Below are positions 36,826 to 47,941 of a DNA stretch of 64,000 nt, in pieces. A program made the position numbers and the translations under genes. How positions within the stretch are numbered: position 1 is the stretch's first letter; every line of letters starts with the position of its first letter. Source of the stretch: a virus. The stretch covers positions 1 to 64,000 of IMG/VR virus record IMGVR_UViG_3300020183_000015; one strand, written 5' to 3'. The notes below the pieces were generated by a model that did no database searches, was not told the DNA's origin, and saw only the letters and a program-made list of their open reading frames with translations.

Positions 36826-38967
36826 ATGGATTGTTCCGCATTAATTATTGAAAGTGTTAATTACGATGGTGAGTTGGCTAATATTATATTTACGCCAGAC
36901 AATGAAGATATCTCAATAAATTTAGGAGATGTTGTGTTACCCTTTTTATTTGAGCCTTGTAATCTTGTACCTCCAAGAGAAAGATTCGGATTCTATACAA
37001 TTTTGACATATAACCCAAGATGTACAAACTTCCTTAGAGTACCAAGAACAACCCCAACACCTACACCGACACCAACACCGACTCATACTCAGACACCAAC
37101 CCCTACACCAACAATGACCCCTACACCTACGTTTGATCCTTGTTTGGTACCAACACCCACACCAACAGTTACTGTTACTGCAACAATAACCCCAACTCCT
37201 ACACCAACCCCAACAGAAACTTGTACAAACCCTTGTGGGTGTCCAAACCCATCACAAACACCCGTACCAACAAATTCACCTTTACCTCCACCTCCACCAC
37301 CTACATGTACAAACCCTTGTGGGTGTACTTTAACCCCAACGGTAACACCAACTCATACACCAACTCCCACACCAACTAACACACCAACTCCCACACCAAC
37401 CCCAACAGAAACAACTGACGCTGCCTCTCTATGTGTACCATTATTTTTAGACAGAGACAATGCAACATCATCATCAAATTTATATTCTTATAACCCAACA
37501 ACAAATATCACAACTTCGCTAGCACTACCTTTGTCTTCAGGATTTTTTGGTTTAATAATGGCTCAAACATCTAATAAATTGTGGATTTGTGAAAATTCAA
37601 CTTACACAATTCGAGAATGGGACATAACAATTAACCCTTGGTCGGCAGTTTTTTCAAGAGACATTACATCACCTAGCGGGGTTCCAAGTTTGGGGGCCTT
37701 GGCAGGGGCTCTTTGTGTTTATAGAGATCCGATAACAAACATTGTAAATCCAAATCTTTTAGTATCCATGGGATTCCGTAGTGGCGGTGGTTTTGAACTT
37801 GTTTTAGTTGATATAAGTGGATCTGTATGGAGTAAAATACCAATATTCAATTTAACAACGTTGAGTGCCGATAGACAAGTAAGTGCTATTGTTATGAATA
37901 CTAATTCTAAAATGATAACATTAAATTTTGATACAACTTTATCTCAAAAATATGTAACTCAATTTAAATATGTTTCGGGTTCTTGGCAAGTGGATATTGA
38001 CATATTGATTCCAGTACCAACTTTAATTCATTCATTATTTCAATGGAATAATGATTTTTATATTGGTTCATATACCCCTTTAGGTTTTGGGGCTCTTAAT
38101 TTAATACAAACTTCACAACCATATACTACCACATTTCTTGGAAATCTTTTACAATCTGAAACAATAGAGTCTTCTCAAATACCCGGTTGTGTAACATTGG
38201 AGTTTGATCCAGTTCAATTAAGTTGTGCGGTTTACAGTAGAGGTATTAATGGTTACATTGAAACTTACGATTTAATCAACAACACTTTAACACAAGTTAC
38301 ATTACCAAATGATAGTTTTAGTAATTTTCCTATAACACATACATCTACTAAATTGTGGAAAGCCGATCAGGCCAATAAACTAATAAATGAATGGACGACA
38401 TCAACTCCGGCTTCTATGTCATTTGTAAGAACAATAACGGTTACGGCAACCTTACCAGGAAATGGTTGGTTATGGCCTATGGGATCAATTACAGACACAA
38501 GATTAATTATGTTTACAACAAATTTAGTTAATAGTATAAATGTAATTGAGATGGATATCACATTCAATACCGTCACAAACTCAGAAATTACACAATTGTT
38601 TCAAGTACAAGCACTTAATTTAGGTGAGTCAATAATGTATACCTCGAACAATAAAATCATATTAATGGCAAGAAAAAACTCGGCCCCTTATACGGATTTA
38701 TATTTTATACAACAATATTCATACCCTAACGGTGTTTTGGAATTCGACATAAGTACTTTACCTCTCGGAGTTCCAAGTATATCGAGATATTATTCTTTAT
38801 TTGAAGAATCTAATCGAATTTATATTGTTAGAATGGACTCAACAGGGACTTCTATTTTCTTGGTTGGTTTAACTCCGCCTCACACATTTACACCTGTTTG
38901 GTCATCAACAAGTACAAATTACGGAGTTTGGTCAGCATCAAGAACATGTAACACAGTTAATTTTTAA
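36826..38967 (+). CDS. Virion protein with a mucin-like Pro-Thr stalk and a duplicated beta-rich domain
   Basis: ~120-aa PT tract with two TCTNPCGC motifs; two related domains (TSNKLW..IREW / TSTKLW..INEW); tatttatt at 36808. Confidence 0.7.
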   Translation: MDCSALIIESVNYDGELANIIFTPDNEDISINLGDVVLPFLFEPCNLVPPRERFGFYTILTYNPRCTNFLRVPRTTPTPTPTPTPTHTQTPTPTPTMTPTPTFDPCLVPTPTPTVTVTATITPTPTPTPTETCTNPCGCPNPSQTPVPTNSPLPPPPPPTCTNPCGCTLTPTVTPTHTPTPTPTNTPTPTPTPTETTDAASLCVPLFLDRDNATSSSNLYSYNPTTNITTSLALPLSSGFFGLIMAQTSNKLWICENSTYTIREWDITINPWSAVFSRDITSPSGVPSLGALAGALCVYRDPITNIVNPNLLVSMGFRSGGGFELVLVDISGSVWSKIPIFNLTTLSADRQVSAIVMNTNSKMITLNFDTTLSQKYVTQFKYVSGSWQVDIDILIPVPTLIHSLFQWNNDFYIGSYTPLGFGALNLIQTSQPYTTTFLGNLLQSETIESSQIPGCVTLEFDPVQLSCAVYSRGINGYIETYDLINNTLTQVTLPNDSFSNFPITHTSTKLWKADQANKLINEWTTSTPASMSFVRTITVTATLPGNGWLWPMGSITDTRLIMFTTNLVNSINVIEMDITFNTVTNSEITQLFQVQALNLGESIMYTSNNKIILMARKNSAPYTDLYFIQQYSYPNGVLEFDISTLPLGVPSISRYYSLFEESNRIYIVRMDSTGTSIFLVGLTPPHTFTPVWSSTSTNYGVWSASRTCNTVNF

Positions 38968-38970
38968 AAA

Positions 38971-39267
38971 ATGCCACAAATACAACTATCAGGAATAACA
39001 GGATGCTCACCTTACAATATTATAGTTTGTGATGTTACATATTCTTTGTGTATTTTGGTTTATTCTTCAATCACACTACCTCCTTTAATTTCATTTGTAC
39101 CACCACCACCACTTGATGTTGCCGAGAGTATTATTTTGGAAATACAAGATTCCTGTGGGTGTTCATCTTTTGTTGTACTAGAATGTCCTGACAAAGCAAA
39201 ACTATTCCAAGACAGTACAATTTTATTGATGATGGATGGTGATGTCTATCTATTTCAGAATCAATAA
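38971..39267 (+). CDS. Small Cys-rich hypothetical virion protein
   Basis: 98-aa ORF between the fibre genes. Confidence 0.65.
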   Translation: MPQIQLSGITGCSPYNIIVCDVTYSLCILVYSSITLPPLISFVPPPPLDVAESIILEIQDSCGCSSFVVLECPDKAKLFQDSTILLMMDGDVYLFQNQ

Positions 39268-39275
39268 TATTTATA
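39268..39275 (+). promoter_or_regulatory. Putative late promoter TATTTATA
   Basis: 7 nt upstream of the ATG at 39283. Confidence 0.6.
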
Positions 39276-39282
39276 AAATAAA

Positions 39283-41274
39283 ATGCCAAACTACGCTTTT
39301 CTTACGGATCAATTACCAGCACCTCCTTTGACATCAACGGATTTAATTCACGTTGTAATACCAACTGACTTGTCTCAAGGTAACCCTGCTGGTTCGTCCT
39401 ACAAGGCAACTTTGGCACAAGTTGCTACGGCAATTGGTAGTGGGACATCAGGTACATCAGGGACATCAGGTACATCGGGAGCGAATGGAACTTCAGGTAC
39501 AAATGGTACGTCAGGTATCAATGGAACTTCAGGTACAAATGGTACAAATGGAACTTCAGGTGCTAGTGGAACATCGGGTACTAACGGAACTAACGGTTCT
39601 TCAGGTACTTCGGGAACCAACGGTTCTTCAGGTGTGAATGGAACGTCGGGTACAAATGGAACTTCAGGCGTAAATGGTACTTCAGGTACAAATGGAACTT
39701 CAGGCGTAAATGGAACGTCGGGTACAAATGGAACAAATGGGACTTCGGGTACAAATGGAACAAATGGGACGAGCGGAACCTCTGCATTGGGGACAAGTGG
39801 TACTAATGGAACTTCAGGTACTAACGGGACAAGTGGTGCTAATGGTACTTCAGGTACTAACGGGACAAGTGGTGCTAATGGGACTAGCGGTTCTAATGGA
39901 ACTTCAGGTACTGACGGAATTAATGGGACATCAGGTACTGACGGAATTAATGGGACATCAGGTACCAACGGTACTAATGGAAGTAGTGGGACATCAGCCG
40001 TAGGTACAAGTGGTACCGATGGAACATCAGGTATTAATGGAACTAGCGGTGTGAACGGTACTTCTGGTATCAACGGTACTAGTGGAATAAATGGAACATC
40101 AGGAACTAATGGTTTTGATGGGACTTCTGGAACAAATGGAACTTCAGGTACTGATGGAACTTCAGGTACTGATGGAACTTCGGGTGTAAATGGGACATCG
40201 GGTACAAACGGAACAAATGGGACATCGGGTACAAACGGAACTTCAGGTACAAATGGAACATCGGGTACAAACGGAACTTCAGGTACAAATGGAACAAATG
40301 GGACGAGCGGAACCTCTGCTTTGGGGACAAGTGGTACTAATGGAACTTCAGGTACTAATGGGACTGACGGGATTAATGGAACTTCGGGCACCAACGGTAC
40401 TAATGGAACATCAGGTATTAATGGGACTAGTGGTACAAACGGTACAAACGGTACTTCTGGTATCAACGGTTCTAGTGGAATAAATGGAACATCAGGAACT
40501 AATGGTTTTGATGGGACTTCTGGAACAAGTGGAACTGATGGGACTTCAGGTAAAGATGGATCCGCCGGTACTAACGGAACATCAGGTACTACACCATTAC
40601 CTTCTCAAGTAGATACGGTTACAAACAACAATGACCAAACATTTTTTCCTACATTTGTTGATTCCAATAACCCTACCGCTGTTCAAGAGTTTTTATACAC
40701 AGACGTTGGATTTACATATAATCCATCAACAAATACTTTACAGGTTGACGGCTATGTTCGAACAGGTAATGGTAGTGTTTCTTTACCAAGTTTTTCTTTT
40801 AGTTCGGACACCAATTTGGGTCTTTATAGAATAGCACAAGATACCGTTGGTGTAACAACGGGTGGTCTTAGAAGAATGTCTATTGATAATGTTGGTACTG
40901 TCAATTTGGGTGCGGGGGCTTCAGGTTCAATGAATTTTGATTTAGAGGGGGGGGTTACAACAACTAACGCAACACCAACTACTTTAGTTACAATAACAAC
41001 AAGTAATAATAGAAGATATACAGTCGAAGGTTGGGTAATTGGTGGGGCAATAAACCATACAATCGGTGGAAAAGTTTTAGGGGTTTTTGAACATGTAGGA
41101 GGTGTTTTAGCTGTTGTGGGAAGTCCAGTGACCACGTTGTTTGAAGATTTTCCTGGTCCCCCAACCTTTACCTTAGACACCAGCGGAACAACAATACGTT
41201 TAAGAGTTACAGGACAAGCGGGGACAAACATTTCTTGGTACGGTAAACTAGTTTATGTTATGTCGAAGGAGTAG
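39283..41274 (+). CDS. Second collagen-like tail-fibre protein
   Basis: Gly-X-Y tract followed by the tail-fibre motif GSVSLPSFSFSSDTNLGLY...GVTTGG and a beta-rich C-terminal head. Confidence 0.8.
   Translation: MPNYAFLTDQLPAPPLTSTDLIHVVIPTDLSQGNPAGSSYKATLAQVATAIGSGTSGTSGTSGTSGANGTSGTNGTSGINGTSGTNGTNGTSGASGTSGTNGTNGSSGTSGTNGSSGVNGTSGTNGTSGVNGTSGTNGTSGVNGTSGTNGTNGTSGTNGTNGTSGTSALGTSGTNGTSGTNGTSGANGTSGTNGTSGANGTSGSNGTSGTDGINGTSGTDGINGTSGTNGTNGSSGTSAVGTSGTDGTSGINGTSGVNGTSGINGTSGINGTSGTNGFDGTSGTNGTSGTDGTSGTDGTSGVNGTSGTNGTNGTSGTNGTSGTNGTSGTNGTSGTNGTNGTSGTSALGTSGTNGTSGTNGTDGINGTSGTNGTNGTSGINGTSGTNGTNGTSGINGSSGINGTSGTNGFDGTSGTSGTDGTSGKDGSAGTNGTSGTTPLPSQVDTVTNNNDQTFFPTFVDSNNPTAVQEFLYTDVGFTYNPSTNTLQVDGYVRTGNGSVSLPSFSFSSDTNLGLYRIAQDTVGVTTGGLRRMSIDNVGTVNLGAGASGSMNFDLEGGVTTTNATPTTLVTITTSNNRRYTVEGWVIGGAINHTIGGKVLGVFEHVGGVLAVVGSPVTTLFEDFPGPPTFTLDTSGTTIRLRVTGQAGTNISWYGKLVYVMSKE
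39442..40593 (+). repeat. Gly-X-Y coding repeat, about 126 triplets with three 2-residue interruptions
   Basis: GTN/GTS/GIN/GVN/GTD triplets with AL, AV and AL insertions. Confidence 0.9.
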
Positions 41275-41366
41275 ACTCGGTGAACGTGTATTTTGTATCA
41301 TGTTTACCTGGATACCTCAGCTTAAAACAATTTACATTTCTTGTATTTTACAATATTTTTATTTTT

Positions 41367-42611
41367 ATGAAAATATTTGTACAAATTGCGTCTTATAGAG
41401 ACCCACAGTTAATACCAACAATTCAAAACATGTTGGAAAATGCTAAAAATCCAAATAATTTAGTCATATCAATTGCAAGACAATTTAATCCTGAGGATAA
41501 ATTTGATGACCTTTCGGAGTATGAAAATGACAAAAGATTTAAAATTTTAAACATAGATTATAAAGAATCAAAAGGTGTTTGTTGGGCAAGATACCTCACT
41601 CAACAACAATATGATGGAGAAGAGTATACATTACAAATAGACTCTCACATGAGATTTGAAAAAAATTGGGACAAAACTTTGATTGATATGATAAAAGATC
41701 TACAATCAAAAGGACACAAAAAACCTTTGTTGACAGGTTACGTGTCATCTTTTGACCCTGACAATGACCCAAAAGGTAGGGTTATGGAGCCTTGGAGAAT
41801 GGCCTTTGACAGGTTCACACCTGAAGGTGTGGTTTTCTTTCTACCTGAAGTCATTCCAAATTGGAAAAAACTTGATGGTCCTATACCTGCAAGATTCTAT
41901 TCGGCACACTTCTGTTTTACTTTAGGTGAATTTTCTAAAGAAGTACAACATGATCCCGAATTTTATTTCCACGGCGAAGAAATATCAATTACTGTAAGAT
42001 CATTTACTCATGGTTATGATTTATTTCACCCACACAAAGTTGTTATATGGCACGAATACACACGAAAAGGAAGGACTAAACAATGGGACGATGACAAAAA
42101 TTGGTATAAAAAAAATGAGGCGTGTCATATAAAAAACAGACAGTTGTTAGGCGTTGACGGTGAAATTTATAGTGGAGACACTAATGAGTGGTTTGGTACT
42201 GAAAGAAGTATACGTGACTATGAAAAGTATTCGGGGTTGTTGTTTGAAAAAAGAGCAATACAACAATATACATTAGATAAAAGTTATCCACCAAATCCAT
42301 ATGATTATAATACTGAAGATGAGTGGAAAGAAACTTTTTTATCAATATTCAAACATTGTATTGACGTTGACTTAAATAGACTACCTGAAACTGATTATGA
42401 TTTTTGGGTTGTTGCATTTCACGACAAAAACGATGAAACAATATACAGACAAGACGCAGGTCTTGACGAAATAAACCGATTGAAAACAGATCCTGACGGT
42501 GTTGCTAAAATATGGAGAGAATTTAATACCCAAGAAAGACCAACTTATTGGGTAGTTTGGCCACACTCAACATCCAAAGGATGGTGTGAAAGAATTGTAG
42601 GAGCACTTTAA
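41367..42611 (+). CDS. GT60/Gnt1-like polypeptide alpha-GlcNAc transferase
   Basis: KIFVQIASYRDPQL, SKGVCWAR, LQIDSHMRF..NWD, FHGEEI, WHEY; start moved to the ATG at 41367. Confidence 0.85.
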   Translation: MKIFVQIASYRDPQLIPTIQNMLENAKNPNNLVISIARQFNPEDKFDDLSEYENDKRFKILNIDYKESKGVCWARYLTQQQYDGEEYTLQIDSHMRFEKNWDKTLIDMIKDLQSKGHKKPLLTGYVSSFDPDNDPKGRVMEPWRMAFDRFTPEGVVFFLPEVIPNWKKLDGPIPARFYSAHFCFTLGEFSKEVQHDPEFYFHGEEISITVRSFTHGYDLFHPHKVVIWHEYTRKGRTKQWDDDKNWYKKNEACHIKNRQLLGVDGEIYSGDTNEWFGTERSIRDYEKYSGLLFEKRAIQQYTLDKSYPPNPYDYNTEDEWKETFLSIFKHCIDVDLNRLPETDYDFWVVAFHDKNDETIYRQDAGLDEINRLKTDPDGVAKIWREFNTQERPTYWVVWPHSTSKGWCERIVGAL

Positions 42612-42615
42612 TAAT

Positions 42616-43374
42616 ATGAATAAATTTTGTTTTTTATCTGAAGCTAATTACCCTAACTATACCAAAAGACTCAAGGACTACAACCTAAAACGTTATTTAG
42701 ATTTGGGGCTTGATATACCATTTTATATCTCAACAAATCGACCTTACGATTTTTTAGAGTATGAAAATCACCCATTGATAAAAGTTTTTGATATTGAGGA
42801 TTTAAGAAAAAATAATAAAAATTCACAACTTAATGAACCTTTACCAACGGACCCTAAAGGAATTTATCCCGCAAGGTACCCATGGAATCTTAGGCGTTTT
42901 ATATTAAGAAAGGCAATCGAGGACGGATTCAATGGACTATTTTTTTTAGAGTGTGATACAAAAATATCTGATCACACAACAAAAGAAGATTTGATTTCTT
43001 TTATGAATGAAATTTATGAACCAAACACAGTTAAAACTTCTTCTGCTAGATTTGTATACAAAGATAGGCAACCAAATCAAGAGTTATTTTACTATCACCC
43101 AACTTACATAACGGACTTACAATTAAATTTTAATGATGATCAATACGACACTTTAGACGGTACTAATCAATTATTTTTTGGTGATTCTCAGAATTCTCTT
43201 TTAAAATTTTTAGATAATTGGGATTTTATTTGTGACTACGGTTATCAAAAAGGTTACGGTTATAAAACAGGATACTTATCTAATCTTTCATTTATAATAC
43301 CAATGTCGGGATTTAGACTAATTCATAGACACACACCATTTGTTACGGATCATAAATTTGAAGATAGGTACTAA
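42616..43374 (+). CDS. Hypothetical protein, probable GT-A-fold glycosyltransferase
   Basis: FFLECD (DxD-like) after YPWNLRRF; located in the GT operon. Confidence 0.5.
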   Translation: MNKFCFLSEANYPNYTKRLKDYNLKRYLDLGLDIPFYISTNRPYDFLEYENHPLIKVFDIEDLRKNNKNSQLNEPLPTDPKGIYPARYPWNLRRFILRKAIEDGFNGLFFLECDTKISDHTTKEDLISFMNEIYEPNTVKTSSARFVYKDRQPNQELFYYHPTYITDLQLNFNDDQYDTLDGTNQLFFGDSQNSLLKFLDNWDFICDYGYQKGYGYKTGYLSNLSFIIPMSGFRLIHRHTPFVTDHKFEDRY

Positions 43375-44189
43375 TGGAGAAAAAACTAACGGTAGTTATT
43401 GTCGGTCATCTGCTTGATAACTTTATTTTTTATTTAAAATATCTAATACATAGCTTACCTGAAAGTCTTAAAGATTGTAAGTTTATTGTACATTATGATA
43501 ATAGTGACGGGTTTGATGAAACGAAATCTCGTAATGAAATAGAAGGTTTGTTAAACTCCAAAAATTTAAATTACAAATTAAGTTTTAGTTTTGGTGGTTT
43601 AATTTCCTCAATAAAAAAATGTTTGGAAAAAATTGAAACCGATTATTATTTGTTTTTAGAACATGATTGGGTTTTCTTAAACAAAACTAATATAGAGTTT
43701 AATAAAGTTGTTGAGGTTTTTGACAAATATAATTTTGTTAATTGTGTATGGTTTAGTAAAGACGACAACACCCAACGTGGGTTTGAAATTTGTCAGGATC
43801 TTACGGGAAATATTACTCCGTTTGCTTTAGAAAAAAGAATTAAAGAATTAAATTTAATTACAACATGTCGATGGTCTAACAACCCTGTAGTATTTCGGAC
43901 TTCAAAAATGAAAAAATGGTTTAGTGATTTTATAAATAATGAACACGTGGGCAAACTAAATCAAAGACAAGGTAATGTTGAGGAAAAAATGATTTCTGTT
44001 TATAGAGAATATATTTCTAAAAATAAATGGGACGAGATCAAAGATGATTGGGGTACTTACTTGTATGGTAACTTTAATGAAGGTCCTTATGTTGGTCATA
44101 CCGACGCATCAAAAAGATATCAAGGATTAAGTAAAAGCCAACCAGAAATAAATGGAGAAAATTACATAAAAAAATATAAAAATGTTTAG
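43374..44189 (+). CDS. GT-A-fold glycosyltransferase
   Basis: LTVVIV, TDYYLFLEHDW, WSNNP, YVGH. Confidence 0.7.
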   Translation: MEKKLTVVIVGHLLDNFIFYLKYLIHSLPESLKDCKFIVHYDNSDGFDETKSRNEIEGLLNSKNLNYKLSFSFGGLISSIKKCLEKIETDYYLFLEHDWVFLNKTNIEFNKVVEVFDKYNFVNCVWFSKDDNTQRGFEICQDLTGNITPFALEKRIKELNLITTCRWSNNPVVFRTSKMKKWFSDFINNEHVGKLNQRQGNVEEKMISVYREYISKNKWDEIKDDWGTYLYGNFNEGPYVGHTDASKRYQGLSKSQPEINGENYIKKYKNV

Positions 44190-44919
44190 TATTTTAGGAT
44201 TGAATTTTGCTAACAAGGGTTATTTTATAAATCTACCTCAAAGTACTGATAGGTTGAAAAACGTTCGTAATTTAGAAAAAAAATACAACATCAAAGGTTT
44301 AGAAAGATTTGAAGCACTAACGGATGAATTACATGCCTATTCTTGTACTAAAAGTCATTTGAAAATATTTCAAAATTCCAAAGAACAAAATTTAGAAACT
44401 ATTTTTGTTGCAGAAGACGATTTTAACATTGAAGACACTTCTTACTATCCCGGTCAACGTAAACACTTAAAACCAACTCTACAACAAGTCCACAAAGATT
44501 TACAAAAAGTTCATTGGGACGTTTTATTATTTGGTTGTAATCCGAAAGAAACTATGGTTAAAGTAACTGATTGTCTTTACACAATACCAAAAAGTACTGG
44601 AGCTTGGGCTTATATTATTAAAAAAAATGCTTATGAATACATTTTAGATAATTTGAATTATAGAAAAGATTACATAGCAATTGACGATTATTTACCTTTA
44701 TTAAATTCCAAAGGTTTTACAACATTAACGACGGTACCCCTATTAATCAATCATGCGGTTGGTTTTGTATCTACATTACAACCAAGAGGTCCAGTAAATT
44801 ACGATGTATGGATACAAGGGAACTATCATAATTTTGTGTACGACACAGAACAATTTAAAATAAAAAAAGTAGAACCAAATAAAATTCAAATACACCAATT
44901 AAAAAAAGTTTTTAAATAA
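44182..44919 (+). CDS. Glycosyltransferase family 25-like
   Basis: YFINL...DRL, ERFEA, CTKSH, AEDD, WDVLLFG, GAWAY, IDD. Confidence 0.85.
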   Translation: MFSILGLNFANKGYFINLPQSTDRLKNVRNLEKKYNIKGLERFEALTDELHAYSCTKSHLKIFQNSKEQNLETIFVAEDDFNIEDTSYYPGQRKHLKPTLQQVHKDLQKVHWDVLLFGCNPKETMVKVTDCLYTIPKSTGAWAYIIKKNAYEYILDNLNYRKDYIAIDDYLPLLNSKGFTTLTTVPLLINHAVGFVSTLQPRGPVNYDVWIQGNYHNFVYDTEQFKIKKVEPNKIQIHQLKKVFK

Positions 44920-44920
44920 T

Positions 44921-47239
44921 ATGAAAAACATAATAAAATCAATATTAAATTTTGAAAACAACAAAATTGACGCTTCAATTATTAGTAGTGAACAAATTTC
45001 TCATATTGTAAAAAACTTAACTGAAGTTTTACAAAAAAATCTTGAAGGGGATGTGGTTGAATTGGGTTGTTATGTTGGAGAATCATCCAAATATATTAGA
45101 AAAACATTGGATGTATTCGAATCTTCAAAAACCCTAACTGTGTTTGATTCTTTTGAGGGTTTACCTCCTTTGAGTGAGTATGAAATTAATACAGGATGGA
45201 AACCATCAACGTTAAAAACCACAGAAGACGTACTTAGAGGAAACTTTGAAAATAATGGGTTGACACCACCAAAAATAGTAAAAGGGTGGTTCAAAGACAT
45301 TAATGAAGAAGATTTACCTGAAAAAATTTGTTTTGCTTTTTTAGACGGAGATTTTTACGATTCAATATACGATAGTTTGAAAAAGATATATGATAGAATG
45401 GTTGACGGTGGAGTTATTCTTTTTCACGATTTTAAAAGATTTGATTTGCCAGGTGTTGACGCTGCAATTAAAGTTTTTTTCAAACAAAAAAATATTCCAT
45501 ATAATTTAGAAGTTGTGTGTAGTCAATTAGGCAGACACGTTGTTGGCGGACCAATACCTGTTGTAAAAAGTAAAAAAATTACTTTGGTTACAGGTCTTTG
45601 GAATATAGGTCGAGATTCATTAAAAGAAGGTTGGTCAAGAAGTTATGATCACTATCTAAACAAATTTTCAGATTTATTAGATATCGATTGTAATTTGATA
45701 ATTTTTGGTGACGAAGAATTAGAAAAATTTGTGTTCAATAAAAGAGAGCCCGATAACACACAATTTATTCTCAGAGATATAAGTTGGTTTAAAAACAATG
45801 AGTTTTATAATCAAATTCAACAAATAAGAAAAAACCCTAATTGGTATAGTTTAGCGGGTTGGCTTGGGGACTCAACACAAGCAAAATTAGAGATGTATAA
45901 CCCATTGGTTATGTCAAAAATGTATTTATTAAACGATGCTAGAATATTAGACAAGTTCGATTCTGAAAGTTTATATTGGATTGATGCCGGTCTGTCCAAC
46001 ACGGTAAGTATGAACTATTTCACTCATGATAATGTTTTAGATAAAATAGAATCTTTTGATAAGTTTTTCTTTGTTTGTTTTCCATACAACGCGCACAATG
46101 AGATTCATGGATTCGAGTATTCAAAAATGAATGATTATACCAATCAAAAAATTGACAAAGTTGCAAGAGGAGGTTTTTTTGGTGGTCCAAAAAAAACGAT
46201 CGAGATTCTAAATACGATGTATTATTCTTTAATGCAAGATAGTTTAAACAAAGGATTAATGGGTACTGAGGAAAGTTTATTTACAATCCTACTTTATAAT
46301 AACCCAACTTTGATTGACTACTTTGAAATATTACCTGATGGTTTATTATACACATTTTTTGAAAATTTAAAAAACGGTTCTGCGGTTTTAAAAAACGCAT
46401 CCAAAATAAAAGTTGTGAGTAATAATACAAATGGTGAAGTAGGGTTATATGTAATAACATTTAATAGTCCCGAACAATTTGAATTTTTATTAAAATCAAT
46501 GGATGACTATGATGAAAATATACTGTTGAAAACAAAAAAATATTTATTAAACAATTCTACAGACCCTAACACATTTTCAAGATATCAATCATTATGTGAC
46601 CAATACGGGTTTGAACACATAAAAAAAGATAACATTGGTATTACAGGAGGTAGGGTTTTTGTTGCAGAACATTTTGACCAATCAGAAATGTCATATTATA
46701 TGTTTTTTGAAGACGATATGTCTTTTTATTCTGGAAGAAAAGGGGTTTGTAAAAATGGATTTAATCGTTACGTTGAAAACTTTTACAACAAAATGTTATC
46801 TATAGTAAAAAAAGAAAATCTCGATTTTTTAAAATTTAACTATACCGAATTTTATGGCAGTCACGAAAAACAATGGTCTTGGTATAACGTACCTCAAACT
46901 TTCAGATCTAAACATTGGCCACAGAATCAAAATTTACCAACCCACGGACAAGACCCGAATTCTCCATCGTTAGAATTTAAAAACATTAAATCTGTAGAAG
47001 GAATTCCTTATGCGACTGGAGAAATATATCTCTCGAATTGGCCAATTATAATGAGTAAAGAAGGTAATTATAAATGTTACTTGGAAACAAAATTTGCAAA
47101 TCCTTACGAACAAACCCTAATGTCTCATTGTTACCAAGAAACCGTCAAAGGAAGAATAAAATCGGGGGTTCTTTTGATGACACCAACTGAACATAACAGA
47201 TTTGACTTTTATGCTGCAGAATTGCGAAAAGAATGTTAG
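44921..47239 (+). CDS. Fusion: TylF-type O-methyltransferase, HtrL/YibB-like glycosyltransferase and GT-A domain
   Basis: GDVVELGC...DSFEGLP...GWF...DGDFY (TylF); TLVTGLWNIGR...YWIDAG...GGFFGG...TEE (HtrL-like); YVITFN...FFEDD (GT-A). Confidence 0.8.
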   Translation: MKNIIKSILNFENNKIDASIISSEQISHIVKNLTEVLQKNLEGDVVELGCYVGESSKYIRKTLDVFESSKTLTVFDSFEGLPPLSEYEINTGWKPSTLKTTEDVLRGNFENNGLTPPKIVKGWFKDINEEDLPEKICFAFLDGDFYDSIYDSLKKIYDRMVDGGVILFHDFKRFDLPGVDAAIKVFFKQKNIPYNLEVVCSQLGRHVVGGPIPVVKSKKITLVTGLWNIGRDSLKEGWSRSYDHYLNKFSDLLDIDCNLIIFGDEELEKFVFNKREPDNTQFILRDISWFKNNEFYNQIQQIRKNPNWYSLAGWLGDSTQAKLEMYNPLVMSKMYLLNDARILDKFDSESLYWIDAGLSNTVSMNYFTHDNVLDKIESFDKFFFVCFPYNAHNEIHGFEYSKMNDYTNQKIDKVARGGFFGGPKKTIEILNTMYYSLMQDSLNKGLMGTEESLFTILLYNNPTLIDYFEILPDGLLYTFFENLKNGSAVLKNASKIKVVSNNTNGEVGLYVITFNSPEQFEFLLKSMDDYDENILLKTKKYLLNNSTDPNTFSRYQSLCDQYGFEHIKKDNIGITGGRVFVAEHFDQSEMSYYMFFEDDMSFYSGRKGVCKNGFNRYVENFYNKMLSIVKKENLDFLKFNYTEFYGSHEKQWSWYNVPQTFRSKHWPQNQNLPTHGQDPNSPSLEFKNIKSVEGIPYATGEIYLSNWPIIMSKEGNYKCYLETKFANPYEQTLMSHCYQETVKGRIKSGVLLMTPTEHNRFDFYAAELRKEC

Positions 47240-47245
47240 TTGTTA

Positions 47246-47253
47246 TATTTATA
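47246..47253 (+). promoter_or_regulatory. Putative late promoter TATTTATA
   Basis: 13 nt upstream of the ATG at 47267. Confidence 0.6.
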
Positions 47254-47266
47254 AAGAAAACTGTTA

Positions 47267-47941
47267 ATGGATTTCTTTATAAAGAAAAATGCTACGCTTC
47301 CTCTTTTAAAAATGCAAGTTATAAAAGATGGGAGAAGTGATTACAACAACATGATGGATTTCATCGAAGAGTCTGCAATATTCTTTTCGATGGTTAACAC
47401 AGAGACAGGTATTCCAAAGATATCAACAAGACCTTGCGGTTTTGTAGAAAAAATTCTTATCGAGCCAAACGCAAGTCCTGAGTATTATGTTTACTACCAA
47501 TTTACACCACGAGATACTAGTACTACAGGAAGATACGAAGGTCAATTTTTATTCAGAAATGACCAAGGTACCCTACTTCTTCCAATAAGAGAAAGGTTAT
47601 ACATAAATGTACAAGAAAGTTTCATAGCTGACGATTTGCCTTGGGAAAGTTGTTATGTTATTGAATTCCCTTGTTGTATCGGACCTGGACCACTACCACC
47701 ATCAATTACGCCTTCACCAACGCCAACACCTGAACCTTCAGTACCTGTACCAACACCAACTCCAAGTGTTTCTCCTGATACAAACCCAACACCGACACCA
47801 ACGCCAACACAAACTTCAGGATTAACACCAACACCGACACCAACAAGAGGTTTAATACCTACTCCAACACCAACCCCAAGTGCTGCGGTAGCTGGTGTCT
47901 CAACAATTTATATGACATTTAAAACTAAACCGATATGTTAA
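47267..47941 (+). CDS. Virion protein, BppU-like N-terminal domain plus Pro-Thr tail
   Basis: [10 protein letters not shown]...YQF...DT...GRYEGQF...LLP pattern, then a ~65-aa PT tract. Confidence 0.6.
   Translation: MDFFIKKNATLPLLKMQVIKDGRSDYNNMMDFIEESAIFFSMVNTETGIPKISTRPCGFVEKILIEPNASPEYYVYYQFTPRDTSTTGRYEGQFLFRNDQGTLLLPIRERLYINVQESFIADDLPWESCYVIEFPCCIGPGPLPPSITPSPTPTPEPSVPVPTPTPSVSPDTNPTPTPTPTQTSGLTPTPTPTRGLIPTPTPTPSAAVAGVSTIYMTFKTKPIC

Noticed and set aside
39399-40483. Antisense and off-frame ORFs over the second fibre repeat
   Set aside because: Same shadow-ORF artefact.
41280-41366. N-terminal hydrophobic extension on the GT60 ORF, resembling a membrane anchor
   Set aside because: It comes from an upstream GTG in AT-rich intergenic DNA containing a likely promoter; the family motif begins at the ATG at 41367.
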